Below, one piece after another: positions 8,429 to 17,990 of a stretch of 31,987 bases of DNA. Every line of letters starts with the position of its first letter. Position 1 is the first letter of the stretch. A model generated the notes under the pieces. It was not told where the DNA came from. It made no database searches and saw nothing but the letters and a program-made list of their open reading frames with translations. The DNA comes from an uncultured Actinomycetes bacterium (lineage in GTDB: Bacteria > Actinomycetota > Actinomycetes > Nanopelagicales > Nanopelagicaceae), in the NCBI GenBank assembly GCA_964343565.1, contig CAYFKL010000001.1, positions 1 through 31,987 of the forward strand, in the 5' to 3' direction. Made by a program: the position numbers and the translations under genes.

Positions 8429-8864
8429 CAAACTTATTGATTCGTTCACGATGCTCTTTATACGGATTAGCATCACCTGCAAAGGAAGAATTGCTTGAGG
8501 CTGCTGCTATCTCTGCATCATGTGCGGCAGTCTCTGCTAACAGTTTTTCCATGTGCGCCGCTGTTTCTGGAATGGCATCGGCTATAAATTCCAGAGTTGG
8601 GGTTACTCTGGCGCCTAATTCTTTTCCAACCGCTGATCGAATTAAACCTTTAGCACTCTCAAAGGCTGCTGCAGTTCCCGCACGAGCCTCGGCATCTCCA
8701 AAAACCGTGTAAAAGATGGCAGCGTGCTGTAAATCTGGGTTAACCCTGACTTCGGTTATGGTCACAAAACCTAATCTTGGATCTTTGATCTTGCGTTCAC
8801 ACATTTCTGCAACCACTTCGTGGATGCGATCTGCGACTTTACGCGATCGTTGTGAGCCAGCCAT
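8421..8864 (-). CDS. rbfA: 30S ribosome-binding factor A
   Basis: R-RKVADRI, IKDPRLGFVTITEVRVNPDLQHA and RVTPTLEF motifs; lies directly after infB. Confidence 0.97.
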   Translation of the reverse strand: MAGSQRSRKVADRIHEVVAEMCERKIKDPRLGFVTITEVRVNPDLQHAAIFYTVFGDAEARAGTAAAFESAKGLIRSAVGKELGARVTPTLEFIADAIPETAAHMEKLLAETAAHDAEIAAASSNSSFAGDANPYKEHRERINKFDE

Positions 8865-8866
8865 TG

Positions 8867-11722
8867 TTAAGCACGTGCCTTCTCTCGCATCTCGAAGGTT
8901 TCGATCACGTCACCCTCTTGAATGTTGTTGAATGAACCCAGTCCAATACCGCATTCGTATCCATCTCGAACTTCGGTGGCGTCGTCCTTGAAGCGTCGCA
9001 AACTTTCAACACTTAAGTTGTCTCCAACTACGACACCATTACGCAGGACTCGAGCTTTCGCGTTTCGCTTGATAATGCCATCGCGAACAATACTTCCCGC
9101 GATATTGCCGAATTTGCTCGATCGGAAAATTTCTCGGATTTCAGCTGAACCAAGTGTGACCTCTTCAAATTCTGGCTTCAACATGCCCTTAAGAGCCTTC
9201 TCCACTTCTTCAATAGCTTGGTAAATCACAGAGTAATAACGAACATCTACTCCCTCGCGGTCTGCCAATTGTGCAGCTTGTCCATCTGGTCGGACGTTAA
9301 AACCAATAACGACAGCGGAAGAAGCCGAAGCAAGAGTTATATCGTTCTTGGTGATAGCTCCAACACCTCGGTGAATGACTCGAAGATCAACTCCCTCGCC
9401 AACTTCAATCTTGAGTAGTGAATCTTCAAGAGCTTCAACCGAACCCGAAACATCGCCCTTAAGAATGAGATTAAGGGTTTCAATTTTGGATTGTTCGAGA
9501 AAGTCTTCAAGTGAAACTTTCTTTCGAGCCTTCGCAAGTGCAGCATTTCGCTCAGCAGCTTGGCGCTTCTCAGCAATCTGCCTAGAAGTTCTGTCATCTT
9601 CAGCGACCAAGAATTTATCGCCTGCGTTTGGAACAGAGGTAAACCCGAGTACCTGAACTGGATCAGAAGGCCCAGCCAACTCCACGCTCTCGCCCGAATC
9701 ATTGAGCATGGCACGCACGCGGCCGAAAGCCCCTCCGGCAACGATGGAGTCTCCAACTCGCAATGTTCCACGTTGAATGAGCATCGTGGTTACCGGTCCA
9801 CGGCCACGATCGAGATGAGCTTCGATTGCTACACCACGCGCATCAGTATCAGCAATAGCGCGTAGATCTAATGCTGCATCAGCCGTAAGAAGCACTGATT
9901 CAAGCAAGTTTTCAATACCTTGTCCGCTCTTCGCTGAAACATCACAGAAAATTGTTTCCCCGCCATACTCTTCAGCAATCAAGTTGTACTCGGTGAGTTG
10001 CTGACGAATCTTTGCCGGGTTTGCCCCTTCTTTATCAATCTTGTTCACAGCAACCACAATTGGAACATCTGCTGCTTGAGCATGATTCAATGCTTCAATT
10101 GTTTGAGGCATGACACCGTCATCCGCTGCAACCACGAGGATCGCAATGTCAGTGACTTTCGCGCCTCGGGCACGCATGGCAGTGAAAGCCTCATGGCCTG
10201 GGGTATCAATGAAGGTGATTGCTCGATTGATACCTTCGTGCTCCTTGTGAACTTGATATGCGCCAATATGCTGAGTAATTCCACCGGCTTCGTGTCGAAC
10301 GACTTCAGTCTGTCTAATAGCATCGAGCAGGCGTGTTTTACCATGATCAACGTGACCCATCACTGTAACGACCGGTGGTCGGGAAACTAAATCGTCTTCA
10401 GTAATTCCAGCTAATTCAGCCTCAAGATCAATATCGAATTCTTCGAGAAGTTCTTTATCTTCATCTTCAGGCGAAACAATTTGAACAACGTAACCAAGTT
10501 CGGCTCCCAAAAGCGTAAACGTATCTTCATCTACCGATTGGGTTGCGTTGACCATTTCACCTAAATTAAATAATGCAGTCACAAGCATTGCTGGATTTGC
10601 ATTGATTTTCTCAGCAAAATCAGTCAGCGATGCACCTCGAGGCATACGCACAACAGTGGAACCATCTCCACGGGGAACAATGACGCCTCCCAATTCGGGG
10701 GCCTGCATATTGTCAAACTCTTCGCGCCTGATTTTTTTGCTCTTTCGCGATTTGCTCGACTTGCCACCTTGCTTACCGAAGGCACCAGCCGCATTTCCAC
10801 GGCCGCTTCCACCGCGTCCGCTTCCACCTCTGCCGCCCGGTCCACCAGGTCCACCCGGTCCGCCCAGTCCACCCGGTCCACCCGGTCCACCGCCAAATCC
10901 GCCGCCGCCAAATCCGCCACTAGTGCCTCGATTGGCGCCGCCAAACCCGCCGCCACCACCAGGCCTAGATCCTGAGTACCCACCAGCGCCACTACCGCCG
11001 CTACCGCTTCCGCCAAATCCGCCACCAGGGCGAGCGCCACCGCGATCGGAGGGCGCAGATTGCGGACGAGGTCTGGCCGCAAAACCTGGACGCACACCAC
11101 CAGGGCCGGCAGGCCTGCCACCGGGTCCAGATCTACCTGGTCCACCTGGTCCACCTGGTCCACCCGGACGAGTTCCACCTGGTCCACCGGGTCTGGCAGG
11201 CGGGCGCGGTGCTCGATCACCCGGTGAGGAGAATGGGTTATTGCCAGGACGTGCCGGAGGTCGTGGCATCCGATCACCCGAAGGTGAAGAGAACGGATTA
11301 TTGCCACCCGGGCGTGCTGCTGGTCGAGGCATACCAGAAGGGCTTGGTGGTTTTGGAAGATCTTCGCGGGCTCGCTCTTCGCGGGCTTTCTCTTCTCGGG
11401 CCTTCTCTTCACGAAGTTTCAGTGCTGCTTCGAGAGCAGCAACTGTCTCAGCTTCCAAATCTTCAATTCGAATGTCATCTTCGGGTTCCTTCTTGGCAGC
11501 CGCCTTCTTAGCAGGAGCTTTTTTTGCTGGCGCCTTAGATTCAACAGGAACTTGCGCTGCACCTAACTCTGGATGCAATTCTCGAAATCTACGAATAACT
11601 GGGGCTTCAATTGTTGATGAAGCTGAGCGGACGAATTCGCCCATATCTTGTAGGAGCGAGAGCACTTTCTTGCTATCAACTCCGAGCTCTTTTGCGAGCT
11701 CATAAACGCGGACCTTGGCCAC
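8867..11722 (-). CDS. infB: Translation initiation factor IF-2
   Basis: [14 protein letters not shown] start (GTG with AAGGAG SD); G-domain motifs [13 protein letters not shown] and NKID; C-terminal GYECGI; Gly/Pro/Arg-rich linker typical of actinobacteria. Confidence 0.99.
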   Translation of the reverse strand: MAKVRVYELAKELGVDSKKVLSLLQDMGEFVRSASSTIEAPVIRRFRELHPELGAAQVPVESKAPAKKAPAKKAAAKKEPEDDIRIEDLEAETVAALEAALKLREEKAREEKAREERAREDLPKPPSPSGMPRPAARPGGNNPFSSPSGDRMPRPPARPGNNPFSSPGDRAPRPPARPGGPGGTRPGGPGGPGGPGRSGPGGRPAGPGGVRPGFAARPRPQSAPSDRGGARPGGGFGGSGSGGSGAGGYSGSRPGGGGGFGGANRGTSGGFGGGGFGGGPGGPGGLGGPGGPGGPGGRGGSGRGGSGRGNAAGAFGKQGGKSSKSRKSKKIRREEFDNMQAPELGGVIVPRGDGSTVVRMPRGASLTDFAEKINANPAMLVTALFNLGEMVNATQSVDEDTFTLLGAELGYVVQIVSPEDEDKELLEEFDIDLEAELAGITEDDLVSRPPVVTVMGHVDHGKTRLLDAIRQTEVVRHEAGGITQHIGAYQVHKEHEGINRAITFIDTPGHEAFTAMRARGAKVTDIAILVVAADDGVMPQTIEALNHAQAADVPIVVAVNKIDKEGANPAKIRQQLTEYNLIAEEYGGETIFCDVSAKSGQGIENLLESVLLTADAALDLRAIADTDARGVAIEAHLDRGRGPVTTMLIQRGTLRVGDSIVAGGAFGRVRAMLNDSGESVELAGPSDPVQVLGFTSVPNAGDKFLVAEDDRTSRQIAEKRQAAERNAALAKARKKVSLEDFLEQSKIETLNLILKGDVSGSVEALEDSLLKIEVGEGVDLRVIHRGVGAITKNDITLASASSAVVIGFNVRPDGQAAQLADREGVDVRYYSVIYQAIEEVEKALKGMLKPEFEEVTLGSAEIREIFRSSKFGNIAGSIVRDGIIKRNAKARVLRNGVVVGDNLSVESLRRFKDDATEVRDGYECGIGLGSFNNIQEGDVIETFEMREKARA
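10790..11420 (-). repeat. Low-complexity and imperfect repeats in the IF-2 N-terminal linker
   Basis: Contains GGPGGPGG and GGGGFGG arrays, two copies of MPRPxARPG(G)NNPFSSP(S)GDR plus a third partial copy, and [17 protein letters not shown]. Boundaries are approximate. Confidence 0.8.
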
Positions 11723-11775
11723 ACTTCTCCTTCAGGGTTTGAATTCGCGTTGGCCCGCATCCCTGCCGACCTTCG

Positions 11776-11796
11776 CTAATTCACGGACGTACTCAT
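11776..11796 (-). CDS. Candidate leader micro-ORF MSTSVN* upstream of infB
   Basis: ATG AGT ACG TCC GTG AAT TAG; its ATG overlaps the previous micro-ORF stop (ATGA). Confidence 0.35.
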   Translation of the reverse strand: MSTSVN

Positions 11797-11819
11797 AGTG
11801 CTAATTCCAACTGAGTCAT
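11793..11819 (-). CDS. Candidate leader micro-ORF MTQLELAL*
   Basis: ATG ACT CAG TTG GAA TTA GCA CTA TGA, starting 11 nt after the previous micro-ORF stop. Confidence 0.3.
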   Translation of the reverse strand: MTQLELAL

Positions 11820-11830
11820 CAGCTGGGAAA

Positions 11831-11875
11831 TCATCGGGTGCTCATTCGCTTTCGCTCCCTAAGTAGGACGGACAT
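11831..11875 (-). CDS. Candidate leaderless micro-ORF MSVLLRERKRMSTR* (internal start gives MSTR* at 11845)
   Basis: ATG 11875 lies 5 nt after TAGAGT. The in-frame ATG at 11845 has AGGGAG upstream. Stop TGA at 11831-11833. Confidence 0.4.
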   Translation of the reverse strand: MSVLLRERKRMSTR

Positions 11876-11880
11876 CGCCT

Positions 11881-11886
11881 ACTCTA
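11881..11886 (-). promoter_or_regulatory. Candidate internal infB promoter -10 (TAGAGT) overlapping the nusA stop
   Basis: Sequence GGGG-TAGAGT; the TAG is the nusA stop codon. It precedes a ~150 nt leader. Confidence 0.55.
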
Positions 11887-12876
11887 CCCCCTGTCGGGAG
11901 TACTTTCCGAGCCACTTCCGTCGGAACGGATGTCGATCTTCCAACTGGTCAGACGAGCGGCCAACCGGGCATTTTGCCCCTCTCGGCCAATCGCTAGCGA
12001 GAGTTGGAAATCGGGTACGACGACCCTGGCTATGCGGGCCTCTAGATCGACGATCTCTACAGAAACCACCCGGGATGGAGCCAACGCTTCCGATAAAAAT
12101 TTAGCGGGGTCTAGCGACCATTCAACGATATCAATTTTTTCACCATTCAATTCGTTGGTGACGTTCTGAGATCGCTGTCCCATAGGACCAATGCAAGCAC
12201 CTTTGGGATTAACTCCATTTCGGTGTGACAGGACGGCCATTTTCGATCGATGGCCCGCCTCTCTTGAAACCGCTTTAATTTCCACTAAACCAGAAGCCAC
12301 TTCTGGAACTTCTAACTCGAAAAGTTTCTTCACCAAATTTGGATGCGTACGAGATAACGTAATTTGAGGTCCTCTCGGGGTCATCTTCACTTCGACAACC
12401 AATGCTTTTATAAATGCCCCATGTTGATACTTTTCACCCGGCACTTGCTCTGACGGCGGAATAGTCCCTTCAGCCTTGCCCAAATCAACATAAACCAACT
12501 TGGGATCACGCCCCTGTTGAATTACGCCCGTAACGATGTCACCTACCGCGGCTGAGAATTCGCCAATGACTGCACGATCTTTCTCATCCCTCATGGCTTT
12601 CATCACAACTTTTTTAGCTTCCTGTGAAGCTACACGTCCGAATCCGCGGGGGGTGACATCTTGCGTGCCCGTTTGGTTACCTTCTTCATCTTTCTGCGCA
12701 ATTTTTATACTTACGCGACCGCTCTCCTCTTCAATTTCAACCCAAGCGCCGTTCTGTGCATTTGGCATCGCTTGATAGGCAGCGAGCAATCCACTACGTA
12801 ATGCTGGCAACAAAGCGGACATTGATATTCCCTTTTCAGCAATTAACGCACTTAAAGTTTTAAGGTCAATGTCCAT
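11884..12876 (-). CDS. nusA: Transcription termination/antitermination factor NusA
   Basis: S1 and KH motifs SRTHPNLVKKLFELEVPE, REAGHRSK, GACIGPMGQR and LSLAIGREGQNARLAARL. Start moved to ATG 12876 (MDIDL, GGGAG SD), overlapping the rimP end. Confidence 0.97.
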   Translation of the reverse strand: MDIDLKTLSALIAEKGISMSALLPALRSGLLAAYQAMPNAQNGAWVEIEEESGRVSIKIAQKDEEGNQTGTQDVTPRGFGRVASQEAKKVVMKAMRDEKDRAVIGEFSAAVGDIVTGVIQQGRDPKLVYVDLGKAEGTIPPSEQVPGEKYQHGAFIKALVVEVKMTPRGPQITLSRTHPNLVKKLFELEVPEVASGLVEIKAVSREAGHRSKMAVLSHRNGVNPKGACIGPMGQRSQNVTNELNGEKIDIVEWSLDPAKFLSEALAPSRVVSVEIVDLEARIARVVVPDFQLSLAIGREGQNARLAARLTSWKIDIRSDGSGSESTPDRG

Positions 12877-13393
12877 GCTGCGACTCCCGATTGAATTCGA
12901 TTTCAATTCGCGCCTTGGAAATTTCAGCAAATTTATACTTTTTCAAAGGACCTTGAGCGGTCTTTCTCCCCTTTAACTTTTCCCGATCGGCTTCAAGAGA
13001 GAGTTCAACTTCACCATCACTAACAGCAATTATTCTTCCAATCAAAGACTCTTCGTTTTGGAAGGTGAACCTTACTAATCGTCCAATATTGCGCTTCCAA
13101 TGCTTAGGCAAGGTTAGCGGCCGATCCGCTCCAGGAGATGTGACTTCTAATAAGTAAGAATCTAGATTCGCAACAGACTCAGTCGTATCCAGAATTTCAG
13201 AACAGCGTTGTGAGACTTCAGCAACGTTATCCAGGGATACGCCACCATCTCTATCAATCACGATTCGAATGATGCGCTCTTTAGCAATTGATGAAATCTG
13301 CAGGGATTCAATCTCAAATCCCATTTCTGCCACAGGAGGCTCTAGAGCGGCTATAAGTTTTGTCTCGATCGAACTGTATTCAAGGTCCGACAC
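12866..13393 (-). CDS. rimP: Ribosome maturation factor RimP
   Basis: DRDGGVSLD and YLLEVTSPGADRPL motifs; GTG start with AGGAGG SD; lies directly upstream of nusA. Confidence 0.95.
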   Translation of the reverse strand: MSDLEYSSIETKLIAALEPPVAEMGFEIESLQISSIAKERIIRIVIDRDGGVSLDNVAEVSQRCSEILDTTESVANLDSYLLEVTSPGADRPLTLPKHWKRNIGRLVRFTFQNEESLIGRIIAVSDGEVELSLEADREKLKGRKTAQGPLKKYKFAEISKARIEIEFNRESQHGH

Positions 13394-13420
13394 TTGATCC
13401 TCCTATGAAGTTGTAATACC

Positions 13421-13448
13421 AGAGTAGCCCATCGCTCTAGCCAATCAA
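13421..13448 (-). promoter_or_regulatory. Candidate housekeeping-sigma promoter for rimP-nusA
   Basis: TTGATT (13443-13448), 16 nt spacer, TACTCT (13421-13426), then an AGGAGG SD. Confidence 0.6.
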
Positions 13449-13462
13449 ACTACGGCGAGTTA

Positions 13463-14239
13463 TTAAATCTGAAAGACATCCCAAGTCAATCGAACAATTA
13501 GCAAGGTAACCACAACCAAAAAGAATCGACGAACCAGTTTGGATCCGCCCTTAATAGCCAGCCTGGAGCCGACCAGAGCACCCATCACGTTAAAAGCAGC
13601 CATGCATAAACCCAGAACAAAAATAATGTGGGCGTTAAATCCAAACACCACGATCGCCGCAAAGTTTGTGGCCACGTTGACAACTTTGGCGATAGCTGAT
13701 GCTCTCAGAAATTCATAGCCAAGCAGACCAACGAGGGCAAAAACTAAGAATGAACCCGTTCCAGGTCCTATCGCACCATCATAAAATCCGATTACTAATG
13801 CAATGATCGATCCCAATGCAATGAGTCGAGATCTCGAATGTCTATGAATTTCCTTAAGCCCTAAGTTGGGATTTTTCACGGTGTAGATGCCGACAATGAT
13901 TAAGAAAAACAAAATAATCGGTTTGAAAATTGAAACTGGAATAAGTGTTGCTATCCCCGCGCCAATTGCGCTGCCAACTCCGGCCCAAAGAGCCATCGTC
14001 AAAGCCATACGTAAATCCAATTTGGTGCGTTTCGCATAAGTAATAGCCGCGCTAGAGGTACCAAAAATCGCCGATAGTTTATTGGTGCCGAGCACGGAGG
14101 CTATCGGTGTCTCTTTGAGGCCGATCATCAACACTGGGAGTTGAATTAATCCACCGCCACCGACAATGGCATCAAGTGCGCCAGCCGTGAATGCTCCTAA
14201 AAAAATAAAAAGCAAAGTTAAAAGAGGAATCGAATTCAC
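13463..14239 (-). CDS. TSUP (TauE/SafE, sulfite exporter family) membrane transporter
   Basis: [37 protein letters not shown] and AKVVNVATN motifs; GTGA overlap with the proS stop. Confidence 0.92.
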   Translation of the reverse strand: MNSIPLLTLLFIFLGAFTAGALDAIVGGGGLIQLPVLMIGLKETPIASVLGTNKLSAIFGTSSAAITYAKRTKLDLRMALTMALWAGVGSAIGAGIATLIPVSIFKPIILFFLIIVGIYTVKNPNLGLKEIHRHSRSRLIALGSIIALVIGFYDGAIGPGTGSFLVFALVGLLGYEFLRASAIAKVVNVATNFAAIVVFGFNAHIIFVLGLCMAAFNVMGALVGSRLAIKGGSKLVRRFFLVVVTLLIVRLTWDVFQI

Positions 14240-15960
14240 TTATACAAAGCCATCAGATGAGTTACTACACCATCTACTGGTATTTCCTTTTTCTCTGAGC
14301 TCTTTCGATCTCTGACTTCGACCACGCCGTTTGCAAGTCCCTTACCCACCACAACAATCGTGGGTACCCCAATTAATTCAGCATCCTTGAACTTCACGCC
14401 TGGACTCACATCTTTTCGATCGTCGAAAAGCACCCTTAATCCTTTTGCTTCGAGTTCGGAGGCAATCTGATCTGCTTTTTCGAACACATGATCTTCTTTT
14501 CCGGCTGCTACAAGATGGATATCGGCAGGGGCAATCTCTCGTGGCCACACTAATCCCAGTTCGTCATGCCACTGTTCGGCAACGGCTGCTACCGCCCGGG
14601 ATACTCCGATTCCATAAGAGCCCATAGTCAGAACTCGTTGTTTCCCATCGGAATCCAGCACCGTCAAATTCAACGCTTCAGCATATTTTCTTCCAAGTTG
14701 AAATATATGACCAATTTCTATCGCGCGATCAATGATGATTTCAGAATTACATTCAGGACAAGCATCACCCTGTTTAACTTCTGCCGCTTCAACATATTTC
14801 TCTACCTTGAAATCTCTTCCATTAACGACGTTTCGCGCGTGCCTATCTTTAATGTTGGCTCCAGTAACCCACGAAGTATTAAGTGCCACACGTGGGTCGG
14901 CATACAACTTCAAACCGAGTTTGTTGGCATCTTGTGGTCCTACATATCCCTTCACCAACTCAGGACGAGACAAGAAATCACTTTCTTCAAATAACCTGAG
15001 ATCTTGGACTCCGGGAAGATTAGCTTCGAGTCGTTTTAAATCTACTTCTCTATCGCCCGGGACTAATACTGAAATAGGTTCACCATCTGCCATGAGCAAA
15101 ATATTTTTCAAAGTATCGCTAGCTGCAAATCCGCCACCATAACGAGAATTTAAAACATCCACCAACGAATCGATAGTAGGAGTATTTGGAGTATCCAGAA
15201 TCTCTAACGCAGGAAAATTTTGCTCTGCAATTGCGGGGACAGTGGTTGTCATAGCTTCAACGTTGGCAGCGTATCCACAGCTTGGGCAAAGGACATATGT
15301 ATCCTCCCCCGTAGAACATGGGGCTAAAAATTCTTCAGAAGCCGACCCTCCCATAGCGCCAGACTTGGCACTTACTATGGAGTATTTCAACCCTAAACGA
15401 TCAAATAGTGATATGTAAGCAGCTCGATGACGATCGTATGAGACTTGCAACCCCGCATCATCTAAATCGAATGAATAGGAATCCTTCATAACAAATTCTC
15501 TACCACGGATAATTCCACTTCGTGGCCTGGCTTCATCCCGGTACTTGGTTTGAATTTGATAAATAACCAGGGGTACATCTTTATACGACGAGTACTCACC
15601 TTTGACCATCAAAGTAAACATTTCTTCATGAGTTGGACCGAGCAAATAATCAGAATCTCTGCGGTCCTTCAGTCGAAAAAGATCGTCTCCATACTCTTCC
15701 CAGCGTCGCGTTGCCTCATAAGGCTCTTTTGGTAAGAGTGCGGGAAAGTGAACTTCTTGAAAACCTGCTTTGTTCATCTCATCTCGAACAATGCTTTCAA
15801 TATTTCGATACACCATGTAGCCAAGCGGCAACCAAGAATAGATTCCGGCTGCGATTCGTCGCACATAGCCTGCGCGCACCAAAAGTTTGTGACTAGCAAC
15901 TTCGGCATCCGCGGGATCTTCACGCAAAGTCCGCACAAAGAGAGTAGTCATTCGTAGCAC
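14236..15960 (-). CDS. proS: Proline--tRNA ligase with insertion (editing) domain
   Basis: [43 protein letters not shown] and [10 protein letters not shown] motifs. Confidence 0.99.
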   Translation of the reverse strand: MLRMTTLFVRTLREDPADAEVASHKLLVRAGYVRRIAAGIYSWLPLGYMVYRNIESIVRDEMNKAGFQEVHFPALLPKEPYEATRRWEEYGDDLFRLKDRRDSDYLLGPTHEEMFTLMVKGEYSSYKDVPLVIYQIQTKYRDEARPRSGIIRGREFVMKDSYSFDLDDAGLQVSYDRHRAAYISLFDRLGLKYSIVSAKSGAMGGSASEEFLAPCSTGEDTYVLCPSCGYAANVEAMTTTVPAIAEQNFPALEILDTPNTPTIDSLVDVLNSRYGGGFAASDTLKNILLMADGEPISVLVPGDREVDLKRLEANLPGVQDLRLFEESDFLSRPELVKGYVGPQDANKLGLKLYADPRVALNTSWVTGANIKDRHARNVVNGRDFKVEKYVEAAEVKQGDACPECNSEIIIDRAIEIGHIFQLGRKYAEALNLTVLDSDGKQRVLTMGSYGIGVSRAVAAVAEQWHDELGLVWPREIAPADIHLVAAGKEDHVFEKADQIASELEAKGLRVLFDDRKDVSPGVKFKDAELIGVPTIVVVGKGLANGVVEVRDRKSSEKKEIPVDGVVTHLMALYK

Positions 15961-15966
15961 GGTCTG

Positions 15967-15972
15967 ATTCTA
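15967..15972 (-). promoter_or_regulatory. Candidate -10 (TAGAAT) for leaderless proS
   Basis: GGG-TAGAAT located 6 nt before GTG 15960. Confidence 0.65.
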
Positions 15973-15978
15973 CCCAGC

Positions 15979-16809
15979 CTAAAACAGGATCGATGCCATC
16001 TCTGAGTGTTGGTGGAATCCAACTTTTTGATACGCCTTGAGCGCAGGGGTATTGAAATCGTTGACATAGAGGGAGACCGTGGGAGTGCGTAACAAAATCA
16101 GATCGATCACTGCGGCAATTCCAGAAGTTCCAATTCCCATTCCGCGCAGATCTGGACGAGTCCACACCCCTTGGATCTGAGCAACCTGAGGCGTCAGCAC
16201 TCCAATCTCAGCTTTAAAGATCAATTCACCTTGCTCAAAGCGTACGAATGATCTTTGTTGCACAATCAACTCTGCCAACCTACTCCGGTAACTAATGCCT
16301 CCATCATTCAGTGTGGGTGATATTCCGATCTCCTCTTCAAACATTGCAACACATGCGGGAAATAGCAATGGCAAATCTGTCGGCTCACTTTGTCGCACAC
16401 GAGCATCTGCTTTTACCATTTTTCGCTGAGTCAACGTCATCAGCGGTTGAGATTTTCGAAACACCCGGGGTGGTTCGAAGTAAGGTGCAAGCACGCTCCA
16501 CAACAGATCGACTGAATATCGATCTCCCACGATGGATGCAAATCGGCGCTTTGTTGAATCTACTAACTCGATAAATGCGCGAGGATCAGTGTTGGGGCTT
16601 AGCACTGGAACTAAATTGGTCCCAAGATAGACCAATGATTCACTATCTTCAGCAACAAAAACATCGGTGCGTAATTCGTTGCTGGACATTCTTCCATCCA
16701 ACCAAGGCGTTAATCTTTCCAGAAGAAACGCATTCGTGATGATGTCTTTCTCAAGAATGAAGCGAACCAAATCTCTATCTGAGTCTTGGATTACTTTTGC
16801 CGTTTGCAC
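15979..16809 (-). CDS. GNAT family acetyltransferase (DUF4081-associated type)
   Basis: C-terminal QIQGVWTRPDLRGMGIG acetyl-CoA motif and SLYVNDFNTPA; EEIGISP; sits in the usual position after ispG. Confidence 0.88.
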   Translation of the reverse strand: MQTAKVIQDSDRDLVRFILEKDIITNAFLLERLTPWLDGRMSSNELRTDVFVAEDSESLVYLGTNLVPVLSPNTDPRAFIELVDSTKRRFASIVGDRYSVDLLWSVLAPYFEPPRVFRKSQPLMTLTQRKMVKADARVRQSEPTDLPLLFPACVAMFEEEIGISPTLNDGGISYRSRLAELIVQQRSFVRFEQGELIFKAEIGVLTPQVAQIQGVWTRPDLRGMGIGTSGIAAVIDLILLRTPTVSLYVNDFNTPALKAYQKVGFHQHSEMASILF

Positions 16810-16813
16810 AAGA

Positions 16814-17971
16814 TTAGGAAACGGTTACCGAAGGAGCTCCTGACGCTGCCCCTTCTTCCTCCATTATTTCGGCAAGCCGCATCGCTTCTTCAATCAAGGT
16901 TTCAACAATCTGCGATTCCGGGACCGTCTTAATAACTTCACCCTTTACGAAGATTTGACCTTTCCCATTTCCTGATGCGACACCGAGATCTGCTTCTCGG
17001 GCCTCACCTGGCCCATTAACGACGCAACCCATAACTGCTACACGTAATGGAACAGTCATGCCTTCCAAACCTGCTTGTACTGATTCTGCCAAAGTGTAAA
17101 CATCCACTTGCGCTCGGCCACACGATGGGCAAGAAACAATCTCTAGTCGACGTTGGCGCAAATTTAGAGATTCCAATATGGCAATGCCAACTTTGACTTC
17201 TTCAACTGGCGGCGCTGATAAGGAGACTCGAATGGTGTCTCCGATACCCTGCGATAAAAGTGCTCCGAATGCCACTGCGGATTTGATCGTCCCTTGGAAG
17301 AGCGGACCCGCTTCTGTCACTCCCAGGTGCAGCGGATAATCGCACCTTTCAGCCAATAATTTATAGGCATTCACCATGACAACTGGATCGTGGTGCTTTA
17401 CAGAAATCTTTATATCCCGAAAGTCGTGTTCTTCAAATAACGAACATTCCCATAATGCAGATTCAACCAACGCCTCTGGCGTTGCTTTTCCATATTTTTG
17501 AAGTAGGCGAGGATCCAGTGATCCTGCATTAACGCCGATACGAATTGGAGTGCCTGATGCGCTCGCCGCTTTCGCAATCTCTTTTACTTTGTCATCGAAT
17601 TGCTTGATGTTGCCTGGATTTACACGAACAGCAGCACAGCCAGCATCGATTGCTGCAAAAACATATTTAGGTTGAAAATGAATGTCAGCGATCACTGGAA
17701 TTTGAGATTTTTTTGCAATTTGTTTGAGTGCATCTGCATCATCTTGACTTGGAACTGCGACTCGCACGATCTGACAACCAGATGCAGTTAACTCAGCAAT
17801 CTGTTGCAACGTAGAGTTCACATCCGCAGTCAACGTGGTAGTCATCGATTGAACTGAAATTGGTGAATCTCCGCCAACTTCAACTGCCCCCACACTTAGT
17901 TTTCGACTTTTCCGTCTGCTCGCCAAAACCGGCAAAGGCAGTTGAGGCATTCCAAGGTCAATAGCGGTCAT
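16814..17971 (-). CDS. ispG: (E)-4-hydroxy-3-methylbut-2-enyl-diphosphate synthase
   Basis: [38 protein letters not shown] and [13 protein letters not shown] (4Fe-4S ligands). Confidence 0.99.
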   Translation of the reverse strand: MTAIDLGMPQLPLPVLASRRKSRKLSVGAVEVGGDSPISVQSMTTTLTADVNSTLQQIAELTASGCQIVRVAVPSQDDADALKQIAKKSQIPVIADIHFQPKYVFAAIDAGCAAVRVNPGNIKQFDDKVKEIAKAASASGTPIRIGVNAGSLDPRLLQKYGKATPEALVESALWECSLFEEHDFRDIKISVKHHDPVVMVNAYKLLAERCDYPLHLGVTEAGPLFQGTIKSAVAFGALLSQGIGDTIRVSLSAPPVEEVKVGIAILESLNLRQRRLEIVSCPSCGRAQVDVYTLAESVQAGLEGMTVPLRVAVMGCVVNGPGEAREADLGVASGNGKGQIFVKGEVIKTVPESQIVETLIEEAMRLAEIMEEEGAASGAPSVTVS

Positions 17972-17990
17972 ATTCCTAGTCTGCCTTAAC

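Noticed and set aside
8429-8482. Extended ORF-track starts for truB (8482), and likewise nusA (12930), rne (22559), the first MFS (1905) and the 4-TM gene (2234)
   Set aside because: They run into upstream genes or leaders. Downstream starts have an SD or stop/start overlap and give family-typical N-termini.
10790-11420. Tandem-like repeats (GGTCCACCC arrays, GNNPF duplications)
   Set aside because: These are imperfect coding repeats typical of actinobacterial IF-2 linkers. There are no unique spacers, so this is not a CRISPR array or mobile repeat.
10548-11705. 385-aa plus-strand ORF, and the 262-aa alternative-frame ORF at 10624-11412
   Set aside because: Shadows of the GC-rich Gly/Pro IF-2 linker, where stop codons are depleted; no SD and no family motif.
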